Source: a virus. Taken from it: DNA of 63,097 bases. Each line of letters starts with the position of its first letter. The first letter of the stretch is position 1. Below are positions 1-8,545 of the stretch, one piece after another. Made by a program: the position numbers and the translations under genes. The DNA is taken from the UHGV virus genome UHGV-0209665; one strand, 5' to 3'. The notes beneath the pieces are model-generated. The model worked only from the letters and a program-made list of their open reading frames with translations, was not told the origin of the DNA and made no database searches.

Positions 1-42
1 ATTGCGTATGGAAGTATTGTCCATACAGGAAGGAGAAAAGAG

Positions 43-270
43 ATGGAAGAAGAGAAGGATGTTAAGAAAATAGTGATACATTATGAGGATGGCACAGAAA
101 AGGTTATTGATAAAGGCTTTTTCTGTAACATGAAAGAGGAAGATGGAAGCGCGGTATTAGAATTTACAATGTGTCATGTATCAGGAAGAGAGATAGAGCT
201 GATCGTTGAGGGATGTCTGCAGCTTGGATTTAAACTTGGGATGTTTGATGACAAGAAAGAGGAGGAGTGA
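43..270 (+). CDS. hypothetical protein (75 aa)
   Basis: ORF with upstream AGGAGA RBS; acidic C-terminus; no recognisable family. Confidence 0.35.
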   Translation: MEEEKDVKKIVIHYEDGTEKVIDKGFFCNMKEEDGSAVLEFTMCHVSGREIELIVEGCLQLGFKLGMFDDKKEEE

Positions 271-275
271 TTCTA

Positions 276-511
276 TGGAGGACCATTGCGTAGCATGTGG
301 GGAAGTGATACCAGAGGGGCGCCAAGTGTGCCCGATCTGTAATCGGGAATATGAAGGGGTGCCAGCGCTGTCGAGGACGGATAACGAAACATTGATCTGC
401 CCGGAGTGCGGTACCGCCCAGGCGTTAGATGACGCATTAAGGGGATCTGATATGCCGGAGGAAGAAAAGCAGGCATACAAAGCAGGGATCCTGAAGGTAA
501 TATACAAATAG
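276..511 (+). CDS. zinc-ribbon protein (two CxxC pairs)
   Basis: Internal ATG at 276 preceded by GAGGAGGAG RBS; CVACG...CPIC...CPECG motifs. Confidence 0.45.
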
Positions 512-528
512 TCGGAGGTAAAATAGAC

Positions 529-1110
529 ATGGATATGAATAATTGCGTTGAATTTGTGGCTCTCACGAAAGAAGAAGTGGAGGAAATGATCGCAAAAGCA
601 GCCCTTGCAGGGGCGTCTGTCGCGGCCGAGACGCTGGAAAAGGCGCATCAGAAAGAACAGAAAGAAATGAAAGACCGCAGATTGCACAACACAAGGCTGC
701 TTCTTAGAAATTATAGGATGCTAAAGGAAAGCTGCTCAAAAGCAGTTTATCAGAAAGAGCATTCGGAAAAAACTACAGAAGAAGTCATAGAAGAACTTAT
801 GAGCATGAAGGCGAGCGATGGGGTAATTGTGAATTCAATCAAGGAGTCTGCAGAGCGGACGGGGATTATCATATCACATGTTGACCGGATGTTCGATGTT
901 TACAGGATGTACTGCGGAAAGTATGGAGAGAAGGAGAAACGACAGTATAAAGTGATAAAATCAATGTATATGACAAAAGAAAAGTCGTCAGCTGCGGAAC
1001 TTGCGAAAAAATTTAATGTAAGCAAGGTAACAATCTATGATGATATCAAGACTGCAGAGGAGAGACTTTCAGCATTATTTTTTGGAATTAACGGATTGCG
1101 TTTCTATTGA
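529..1110 (+). CDS. putative phage late transcriptional regulator (sigma-70 region-4 / ArpU-like HTH at C-terminus)
   Basis: C-terminal segment AAELAKKFNVSKVTIYDDIKTAEERL resembles a sigma region-4 HTH; located upstream of the packaging genes as in many Firmicutes phages. Confidence 0.45.
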   Translation: MDMNNCVEFVALTKEEVEEMIAKAALAGASVAAETLEKAHQKEQKEMKDRRLHNTRLLLRNYRMLKESCSKAVYQKEHSEKTTEEVIEELMSMKASDGVIVNSIKESAERTGIIISHVDRMFDVYRMYCGKYGEKEKRQYKVIKSMYMTKEKSSAAELAKKFNVSKVTIYDDIKTAEERLSALFFGINGLRFY

Positions 1111-1165
1111 TTTTATAAGGCTTAGACGTAAATAACGGATACCGTTAAGTTAAACTTGACTTAAT

Positions 1166-1194
1166 AACGGAAAACGAGTATGATAGGGGAGTAA
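1166..1194 (+). promoter_or_regulatory. sigma-A type promoter candidate (TTGACT-17-TATGAT)
   Basis: Near-consensus -35/-10 with 17-nt spacer in the intergenic region upstream of the transporter gene. Confidence 0.4.
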
Positions 1195-1213
1195 AATCTT
1201 ATCATGAGCCATG

Positions 1214-1242
1214 AGCCACTGGGGTTGCCCGGTGGCTTTTTT
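1214..1242 (+). terminator. intrinsic terminator-like hairpin (attenuator) in the 5' leader of the transporter operon
   Basis: AGCCACTGGGG-TTG-CCCGGTGGCT stem of about 10 bp followed by TTTTTT, starting about 13 nt after the predicted TSS. Confidence 0.45.
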
Positions 1243-1318
1243 CAGTTATTCTGGAGAGGAGGAAGAGTAAAAAAAGATGAGAGAATGCTCCTTTTAAAAA
1301 ACAAAAGGAGATTTTACA

Positions 1319-2707
1319 ATGAATGGGTTTGCGATTTTGGCAATCTATGCAGTGGTAATGATCACTGCAACACTAATATTTACCAAAAAGGAAAAAAACG
1401 TGGAAAGATTCTGCGTTGGAAGCCGTAAGGAAAATTGGATAATGTCTGCTTTGAGCATAGCAGCTACATGGATCTGGGCACCGGCACTGTTTGTATCTAC
1501 GGAAAAATCGTATACGAATGGGTTTGTCGGCCTTTTTTGGTTTTTGATCCCGAATGTATTATGTCTGATCCTTTTCATACCATTTGCGAAAAGGATACGG
1601 AGGGAAATGCCAGAAGGAATTACGCTGTCTGGATACATGAGAGATAAGTACAAATCGGACGGAGTTAAGCGTGTATACCTCTTTCAGCTCATGGGCCTTT
1701 CGGTATTATCGACAGGAGTGCAATTATTGGCCGGAAGCCAGGTGCTAAGCGCGGCAACTGGAATGCCGTTCCAGTTGGTTACGGTTTTATTGGCTGTCAT
1801 TGCTTTGTCTTACTCACTTTTTTCTGGAATAAAGGCTTCAATGCTGACGGACGCAATACAGATGGTTTTTATGCTGGCGGCAAGTACAGCATTCTTAATC
1901 ATGGCAATTAGAGCGGGCGGAACATCCGGAATACTGGAAGGAATACACGGAATATCTGGAAATTATACGTCGTTTTGGTCGGAAGATGGTATAGAGGTGT
2001 TCCTCGCATTCGGACTACCGACTACAATCGGCCTGCTTTCCGGACCATTTGGAGATCAATCGTTCTGGCAGAGGGCATTTGCTGTAAAGAGCAATCGGAT
2101 CGGCCGTGCGTTTTTTGTCGGAGCGATATTGTTCGGACTGGTACCGCTCTCCATGGGCATTATCGGATTTGCTGGAGCGGGAGCTGGTTACCAGGCGAAA
2201 GATCTTGGTGTCATCAACTTCGAACTGATTCAAGAGATGTTCCCAGCTTGGGCAGTACTGCCGTTCCTGTTCATGATTGTGTCTGGACTCTTGTCAACGG
2301 TAGACAGTAATTTATGTGCGGCATCATCGCTAGTGACAGATATGAGTGGTGGAAAGGAACTCAAAAAAACAAAGTGGGCTATGATTGCCCTGCTTGGAGT
2401 GGGTATTCTGATCGCCAATATACCGGGGATGACAGTCACGCACCTGTTCCTGTTTTATGGTACGCTGAGGGCGTCAACGCTGTTGCCGACTGTCATGACA
2501 TTGAAGGGAGTAAAGTTTACGCCTAAAGGAATTCAGTACGGAGTTATCTCTGCTTTGGCCGTAGGGCTCCCTATTTTCGCCTACGGAACGGTTTTGAACA
2601 GTGGACCATATAAAACACTTGGAAGCCTTGCAACAGTGCTGCTGGGTGGAATTGTAGGGATGATAGTTACAAAGGCGGAGGTGCGGCATGGAAAGAGTGC
2701 TAGGTAA
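1319..2707 (+). CDS. sodium:solute symporter (SSS)-like polytopic membrane transporter
   Basis: 462 aa with about 12 hydrophobic segments. N-terminal GSRKENWIMSALSIAATWIWAPALF resembles the SSS family signature region. AAGGAG RBS. The stop overlaps the next gene by 20 nt. Confidence 0.55.
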   Translation: MNGFAILAIYAVVMITATLIFTKKEKNVERFCVGSRKENWIMSALSIAATWIWAPALFVSTEKSYTNGFVGLFWFLIPNVLCLILFIPFAKRIRREMPEGITLSGYMRDKYKSDGVKRVYLFQLMGLSVLSTGVQLLAGSQVLSAATGMPFQLVTVLLAVIALSYSLFSGIKASMLTDAIQMVFMLAASTAFLIMAIRAGGTSGILEGIHGISGNYTSFWSEDGIEVFLAFGLPTTIGLLSGPFGDQSFWQRAFAVKSNRIGRAFFVGAILFGLVPLSMGIIGFAGAGAGYQAKDLGVINFELIQEMFPAWAVLPFLFMIVSGLLSTVDSNLCAASSLVTDMSGGKELKKTKWAMIALLGVGILIANIPGMTVTHLFLFYGTLRASTLLPTVMTLKGVKFTPKGIQYGVISALAVGLPIFAYGTVLNSGPYKTLGSLATVLLGGIVGMIVTKAEVRHGKSAR

Positions 2708-3470
2708 AAAGCAATCAATACAGAATGAAGACTGGCTAAAAGCCGGAAAGCGCATTGAAGAACTGGTTTCAAGAGAGGAACTGGATGAAAAGGTGCACTC
2801 AACCGTAGAGGAAATCCGGCAGATGACTGACGGGAAAAAAGCTGCATACGCATGGTCCGCCGGAAAGGATAGTCTCGTACTTGGAGAAATATGCCAGGAA
2901 AGCGGAGTTACTGATTGCATGATGGCAATTTGCAACCTAGAATACCCGGATTTTCTTAAATGGGTAGACCAGTACAAACCGAAAGGGCTTGAGATCATCA
3001 ACACTGGGCAGGATCTTGAGTGGCTGTCGAAACATTTGAATATGCTGTTTCCGCAGGACAGTGCCACGGCCGCAAAATGGTTTTCAATCGTTCAGCACAG
3101 AGCACAGGCAAAATATTATAAGGTTCGTGAGCTGGATCTGATTCTGCTTGGTCGGCGCCGCGCAGACGGCAACTATTGCGGAAGACGATCAAACATCTAT
3201 ACCGACGGAAAAGGAGTTACAAGATATAGCCCTTTAGCCGCATGGAGCCATGAAGAGATATTGGCCTATATCCATTATCACAATGTGCGGATGCCGCCAA
3301 TCTATAAGTGGAAGAAGGGATATTTGTGTGGCACACATCCATGGGCGGCAAGACAATGGACCGGATCCGTGGAAAATGGATGGCGCGAGGTATACGAAAT
3401 AGATGAAAGCATTGTAAGGGAAGCGGCGAAAGTTATTGACAGTGCTGCTGATTTTCTCAAAGCACTTTAA
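2688..3470 (+). CDS. PAPS reductase-like PP-loop ATP pyrophosphatase family protein (copy 1)
   Basis: SAGKDS PP-loop motif and overall PAPS reductase-like layout; translationally coupled to the transporter. Confidence 0.65.
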   Translation: MERVLGKKQSIQNEDWLKAGKRIEELVSREELDEKVHSTVEEIRQMTDGKKAAYAWSAGKDSLVLGEICQESGVTDCMMAICNLEYPDFLKWVDQYKPKGLEIINTGQDLEWLSKHLNMLFPQDSATAAKWFSIVQHRAQAKYYKVRELDLILLGRRRADGNYCGRRSNIYTDGKGVTRYSPLAAWSHEEILAYIHYHNVRMPPIYKWKKGYLCGTHPWAARQWTGSVENGWREVYEIDESIVREAAKVIDSAADFLKAL

Positions 3471-3530
3471 GTGGATTATTTGCAGATAATCCCATTGCTC
3501 CTTCAAATCAAGAATTTGGAGGAAAACGCT

Positions 3531-4160
3531 ATGAAACAATTAACCATGAAACTGAAAGATCTTGTTCGCCCAGAACGCAACATACGAATCCATACGGAAA
3601 AACAGTTGGAGGAGTTTGAAAGAAGCGTCAGGATGTTCGGACAGATCAGACCTATTGTGGTGGATGAAAACAACACAATTCTTGCCGGAAATGGATTGTA
3701 CGAAACCCTCTTGCGAATGAATCGGGAGGATGCGTTGGTTTATAAGTATGAAGATCTGACAGAGGCACAGAAGAAAAAACTGATGATTGCTGACAACAAG
3801 ATTTTCTCCCTCGGGATTGAGAACTTGGATACTTTGAATGAGTTTCTGGAAGAACTTAGTGGGGATCTGGATATCCCGGGATTTGATGAGGAAATTTTGA
3901 AGCAAATGGTAGCTGATGCTGACGAGATCACTGAGAAGATAGCGGAGTACGGGACGCTCGATGAGGATGAAGTACAAAAGATAAAAGAAGCGAACGAGAG
4001 AAGGGAGCAGCGCGAAGCGACAGGAAACACCGCGCAATATGAAACACCGACGTTTAGTGACGGCGATTCCGAAGGGCGCGACTCCGAGCCCGAACAGAAA
4101 CCGGCCGAAACAGGGAGATTCGTTATTTGCACGAAGTGTGGTGAGAAGATATGGCTGTAA
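3531..4160 (+). CDS. ParB N-terminal (ParB/Srx) domain protein (copy 1)
   Basis: KDLVRPERNIRIH...IRPIVVDENNTILAGNGLYE matches the ParB-like nuclease domain pattern. Start at internal ATG 3531 preferred (GGAGG RBS) over the 3471 start in the ORF track. Confidence 0.55.
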   Translation: MKQLTMKLKDLVRPERNIRIHTEKQLEEFERSVRMFGQIRPIVVDENNTILAGNGLYETLLRMNREDALVYKYEDLTEAQKKKLMIADNKIFSLGIENLDTLNEFLEELSGDLDIPGFDEEILKQMVADADEITEKIAEYGTLDEDEVQKIKEANERREQREATGNTAQYETPTFSDGDSEGRDSEPEQKPAETGRFVICTKCGEKIWL

Positions 4161-5302
4161 AACGCTGCGAATCGAATATAGATGTGGTAAAAGCTGCTGA
4201 AATACGTATAAAAAATGTGTTCCGGAACGGACTTCCTGTATTCTTTTCTTTCAGTGGAGGAAAAGACAGCCTGTGCGTAGCACAACTCATTGTGAATCTC
4301 GCAAACCGCGGGGAAATAGACATAAGGCAGTTGACTGTCCAGTTCATAGACGAAGAGGCGATCTTCCCGTGCATGGAAGAGATGACGAAGAAGTGGAGAC
4401 GAAAGTTTATGATGATGGGGGCGAAATTCGAATGGTTTTGCATAGAGGTAAAACATTTCAACTGCTTCAATGCCTTGTCGAATGATGAGACGTTTATATG
4501 CTGGGATTCAACAAAGCAAGACGTATGGGTAAGACGCCCGCCGGCATTTGCGATCAGGACGCACAAGCTACTTCGCCCGAGGATTGACGCATATCAGGAC
4601 TTCCTTCCCAGGACTTGCGCATCGGGAATCACACTGGTAGGTATTCGTACTGCCGAATCATTGCAGCGATTACAGAACATCGCGGCAATGACACAGGCCG
4701 GAAAGACCATGACGAACAAAAGACAGGTATTCCCGATATATGACTGGACCAATAATGATGTATGGCTGTACTTAAAACAGGAGAAGGTTGATATACCGGA
4801 AATATACCTGTTCTTATGGCAGTCAGGAAGTTCAAAGCAACAACTTAGAGTGTCACAGTTCTTTTCTGTAGATACGGCCAGATCTCTGGTAAAGATGAAT
4901 GAGTATTATCCGGATCTCATGGAACGGATTATACGCAGAGAACCAAATGCATATCTGGCGGCACTATACTGGGATAGCGAAATGTTTGGACGTAGTAGCA
5001 GGAAACGTAGGACGATGGAAGACGGTGCCAAGGAAAAGGATTACAAGAAGGAACTCATATATATGTTCTCGAACATGGATGTATTCTTTGATACACCTCA
5101 TAAAAGGAATATTGCGGAGAGATATCGGAACTTTTTTCTTCAGGTATCAGCCATTGCCAAACAAGAGGACTTCAAGCACATATATGAAGGACTCATTTCC
5201 GGCGATCCCAAAATGAGAACGTTCCGCGCGCTGTATCATCGGATTTACGGGAAATACATATCTGAGGCAAAGAAAACGGAGGAAAGCAGACATGGAAAAT
5301 AA
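4151..5302 (+). CDS. PAPS reductase-like PP-loop ATP pyrophosphatase family protein (copy 2, with ~130 aa C-terminal extension)
   Basis: FSFSGGKDSLCVAQL PP-loop; overlaps the upstream gene. Confidence 0.65.
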   Translation: MAVKRCESNIDVVKAAEIRIKNVFRNGLPVFFSFSGGKDSLCVAQLIVNLANRGEIDIRQLTVQFIDEEAIFPCMEEMTKKWRRKFMMMGAKFEWFCIEVKHFNCFNALSNDETFICWDSTKQDVWVRRPPAFAIRTHKLLRPRIDAYQDFLPRTCASGITLVGIRTAESLQRLQNIAAMTQAGKTMTNKRQVFPIYDWTNNDVWLYLKQEKVDIPEIYLFLWQSGSSKQQLRVSQFFSVDTARSLVKMNEYYPDLMERIIRREPNAYLAALYWDSEMFGRSSRKRRTMEDGAKEKDYKKELIYMFSNMDVFFDTPHKRNIAERYRNFFLQVSAIAKQEDFKHIYEGLISGDPKMRTFRALYHRIYGKYISEAKKTEESRHGK

Positions 5303-5813
5303 ATTGTTTGCCCCGTTGGGTACACTGCAATGGGTACCGCGGAGCATGTTAAAGCCAAACGATTACAACCCGAACAAAGTTTCGAAAGAAAATTTAAAGC
5401 TGCTCACACAGTCCATTCTTACCAATGGATGGACACTTCCGATTGTTGTAAGACCGGATTATACGATTATAGACGGATTCCACCGATGGACTGTTTCGGG
5501 CGAAGAGCCCCTATTGTCTATGCTTGGCGGGAAGGTGCCTATTGTTATCGTTGAACATTCGGAGAGATCGGAGGATATCTATGGCACCGTAACGCATAAC
5601 AGAGCGAGAGGTACCCACCTGTTAGAGCCTATGAAGGCGATTGTGAAAGAACTCATGAACGAGGGGAAAACCGTAGATGAAATAGGAAAACAGCTTGGAA
5701 TGAAGCCGGAAGAGATTTTCCGGTTATCTGACTTCTCGAAAGAGGACTTTCTTAACATGATGACCAAAGGAGTTACGGGGTTTTCTAAAGCAGAATATGT
5801 CACAAAAATCTGA
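5292..5813 (+). CDS. ParB-like nuclease domain protein (DGxHR-type, copy 2)
   Basis: LPIVVRPDYTIIDGFHRW: DGxHR motif of the ParB/sulfiredoxin/DndB-like superfamily. Confidence 0.65.
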   Translation: MENKLFAPLGTLQWVPRSMLKPNDYNPNKVSKENLKLLTQSILTNGWTLPIVVRPDYTIIDGFHRWTVSGEEPLLSMLGGKVPIVIVEHSERSEDIYGTVTHNRARGTHLLEPMKAIVKELMNEGKTVDEIGKQLGMKPEEIFRLSDFSKEDFLNMMTKGVTGFSKAEYVTKI

Positions 5814-5842
5814 TGTCATTGCGTTATAGTACATATAGAACA

Positions 5843-5877
5843 AAGACCGGCGGCGCGGAAGAAAGCGACTGCCGGTC
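5843..5877 (+). other. hairpin (8-bp perfect stem AGACCGGC/GCCGGTCT) between ParB-like gene and terS
   Basis: Inverted repeat seen directly; weak T-run downstream. Confidence 0.35.
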
Positions 5878-5909
5878 TATTTGTATCCGAAAAAAATACG
5901 ATATAGGAG

Positions 5910-6734
5910 GTGATGGCGGTGCCGAGAGCAAGAAGCCCTGACAGCATAGAGGCGGAGAAGTTGTATAAATCTGGCATGGCTCTTGTTGATATCGCAAAGA
6001 AACTCGGCAAGCCAGAGGGAACCGTCCGAAGATGGAAATCAACCCAAAAATGGGATGATAACGGTAAAAAAAAACAAGGCGAGCGTTCGCAAAAGAAAAG
6101 TGGATCAGAAAAAGCGAGCGTTCGTAAACGAGGCGGGCAGCCGGGGAACCAGAATTGCAAAGGAAAACAGAATGCGAAGGGGCATGGAGCTCCGAAGGGA
6201 ACACAAAATGCCTTAAAGCATGGAGGATATTCCGCAGTCTATTGGGATACGCTCGATGAAGACGAAAAAGAGCTAATTGAGACGATGCCGCAAGATGAAG
6301 AAGAAATACTGATAAATCAGATTATGCTTTTTACAGTCAGGGAGCGTCGGATCATGCAAGCGATTAATAAATACCGCAACGCAAAGGGCGGAGTATATGT
6401 GGCAGGAGTCACAAAGTTTGAAGAAAAGAGAGTTTTCAAAGACGATGAAGAAAGAGAGCTTTATGATAATCGGGTGCGAGATAAGGTAGAAAAGGGAGAC
6501 AGGCTTCCTGGTGAACATTATAGTCTGCAGACAATGACTGCCTCTACGGCAGACTTGGTAGCCCGTCTGGAAAAGGAGCTTACCTCCGTTCAGAGTCAAA
6601 AGACAAAAGCAGTTGATGCCTTGGCTAAGCTGCGGTTTGAGAAACAGAAAATTGCGGGAGAGTCGAAAGGCAACGAACTGGTGCGTACATGGGCGGAAAG
6701 TGTCGTGAAAGCAAGGAGGGAGAAGGATGGATAA
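5910..6734 (+). CDS. terS: terminase small subunit
   Basis: N-terminal HTH plus GAPKGTQNALKHG motif typical of phage terS. Precise start uncertain (GTG 5910, ATG 5913 or GTG 5919). Confidence 0.75.
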   Translation: MMAVPRARSPDSIEAEKLYKSGMALVDIAKKLGKPEGTVRRWKSTQKWDDNGKKKQGERSQKKSGSEKASVRKRGGQPGNQNCKGKQNAKGHGAPKGTQNALKHGGYSAVYWDTLDEDEKELIETMPQDEEEILINQIMLFTVRERRIMQAINKYRNAKGGVYVAGVTKFEEKRVFKDDEERELYDNRVRDKVEKGDRLPGEHYSLQTMTASTADLVARLEKELTSVQSQKTKAVDALAKLRFEKQKIAGESKGNELVRTWAESVVKARREKDG

Positions 6735-8205
6735 CAACATGGACTGGCTTAAAGACTTCCTCGATGAGAGCATTCCGCTATGGCGAAACGATCCAGTGAT
6801 GTACTTCCGTGAGGTGCTGTCCTTTGAACCGGATGAATGGCAGGCGGAAGCTGCCGAAGATCTGGCGCACAATCCGAAAGTCAGCATTAAGTCCGGACAG
6901 GGCGTAGGAAAGACCGGTCTGGAGGCTGCGGTATTCCTGTGGTTTATTACCTGTTTTCCGTACCCTCGTATTGTGGCAACGGCGCCAACGAAACAGCAGC
7001 TACACGATGTACTGTGGTCTGAAATTTCAAAGTGGATGAGCCACTCTCCTTTGCTCTCCAGGCTCCTAAAATGGACAAAGACATATGTTTATATGGTCGG
7101 CAATGAAAAGCGTTGGTTTGGGGTAGCGAGGACTGCTACAAAGCCAGAGAACATGCAGGGATTCCACGAGGATAATATGCTGTTCATCGTTGACGAAGCG
7201 TCCGGCGTAGCAGATCCGATCATGGAGGCTGTCCTCGGTACCTTGTCAGGAGAGAACAATAAGCTGCTTATGTGCGGTAACCCGACCAAGACTTCCGGAA
7301 CATTTTACGATAGCCATACACGGGATCGGGCCTTATATAAGTGCCATACTGTATCATCGGCAGACAGCAAGCGGACCAATAAAGAGAATATTGATTCGCT
7401 GATCAGGAAGTATGGGTGGGATTCCAATGTGGTGCGTGTGCGTGTCAGGGGAGAGTTCCCGAACCAAGAGGACGATGTGTTTATAGCTCTTTCAACAATA
7501 GAGCAATGCGGAAGCCGCTTGTTTGAACTTCCAGATGATAAGCGGTTGCCGTACATCATTTTAGGTGTTGACGTTGCGAGATTTGGAGACGATGAAACAG
7601 TCATATACAGAAACGCCAGAGGAAAGCTACAAATCGTAGCGAATAGGCGAGGGCAGGACTTGATGCGCACTGTAGGAGATATTGTCAGGCAGTACAAGAA
7701 AGTTCTCAAAGAATATCCGGATTATCGAGGAAGGATCTATGTAAATATAGACGATACCGGTCTTGGAGGCGGAGTTACCGACCGTTTGAGGGAAGTAAAG
7801 CGAGAACAGAGGCTTGGACGGCTGTATGTTATACCGATCAATGCTGCGGAGAAAATAGAAACTGACACCAAGGCGGGAAAAGACGCCGCAGAGCATTACA
7901 ACAATTTGACCACGCACATGTGGGCGACGCTGAAGGATCTCATGGAGAACAAAGAAGTCGAAATTGAGGAGGATCAGGAGACATTCGCACAGCTTTCGTC
8001 CCGGAAGTATTTCCTCGCGAGCAACGGAAAGTTGGAGGTCGAAAGCAAGAAGGAAATGAAAAAGCGAGGACTGGATTCACCGGACCGCGCAGATGCACTG
8101 GCATTATCTGTATATCTTGGAAAGATCAAGAAATATACCGGAAGTGCTCCGAATCAGGAAAGTGCTGCCGGCCTTGGAAAGAGCAGCTACTGGAGAAATA
8201 AATAG
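6727..8205 (+). CDS. terL: terminase large subunit
   Basis: ATPase Walker A (SGQGVGKT) and Walker B (LFIVDEASGV) followed by a nuclease domain; overlaps terS. Confidence 0.85.
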   Translation: MDNNMDWLKDFLDESIPLWRNDPVMYFREVLSFEPDEWQAEAAEDLAHNPKVSIKSGQGVGKTGLEAAVFLWFITCFPYPRIVATAPTKQQLHDVLWSEISKWMSHSPLLSRLLKWTKTYVYMVGNEKRWFGVARTATKPENMQGFHEDNMLFIVDEASGVADPIMEAVLGTLSGENNKLLMCGNPTKTSGTFYDSHTRDRALYKCHTVSSADSKRTNKENIDSLIRKYGWDSNVVRVRVRGEFPNQEDDVFIALSTIEQCGSRLFELPDDKRLPYIILGVDVARFGDDETVIYRNARGKLQIVANRRGQDLMRTVGDIVRQYKKVLKEYPDYRGRIYVNIDDTGLGGGVTDRLREVKREQRLGRLYVIPINAAEKIETDTKAGKDAAEHYNNLTTHMWATLKDLMENKEVEIEEDQETFAQLSSRKYFLASNGKLEVESKKEMKKRGLDSPDRADALALSVYLGKIKKYTGSAPNQESAAGLGKSSYWRNK

Positions 8206-8218
8206 GAGGTAGATATCT

Positions 8219-8527
8219 GTGGGCATAATGAAGAAGAAAGAAGCGTATGTCACAAAAGGAAACCGGCTGATTGAGGAAAAGAGACTGCCGGAAGCAACCG
8301 GAGTTGTTGTGGATGGACTAAATTTCTACCAGAACAAGATTATAAAGGCTTTGAATGGCCATCCCGTTGCGGACACTGCATTGGTAGTCGTAGCACTGAG
8401 AAATACGGCCGACATGCTTGAAAAACAGGAGCCGAACTGCAGAGGTTTAGTTGCCTGGCTTGATAAAACCACTACGAAACCAGAGCTGCAAGGACAGAAA
8501 CGGGTAGAAAAGACGAGAAAACGTTAG
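8219..8527 (+). CDS. hypothetical protein (102 aa)
   Basis: ORF with RBS between terL and portal. Confidence 0.35.
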   Translation: MGIMKKKEAYVTKGNRLIEEKRLPEATGVVVDGLNFYQNKIIKALNGHPVADTALVVVALRNTADMLEKQEPNCRGLVAWLDKTTTKPELQGQKRVEKTRKR

Positions 8528-8545
8528 AAGAAAGGAGGGGTCAGA

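Noticed and set aside
1195-1318. Possible preQ1-type or other riboswitch in the A-rich leader of the transporter gene (tail ...UUUUAAAAAACAAAAGGAG)
   Set aside because: No convincing P1 stem or conserved loop nucleotides could be placed; only a generic promoter-proximal terminator hairpin is supportable.
1204-1428. ORF of 74 aa overlapping the transporter leader and start
   Set aside because: It spans the terminator hairpin and the real transporter start, with no RBS of its own.
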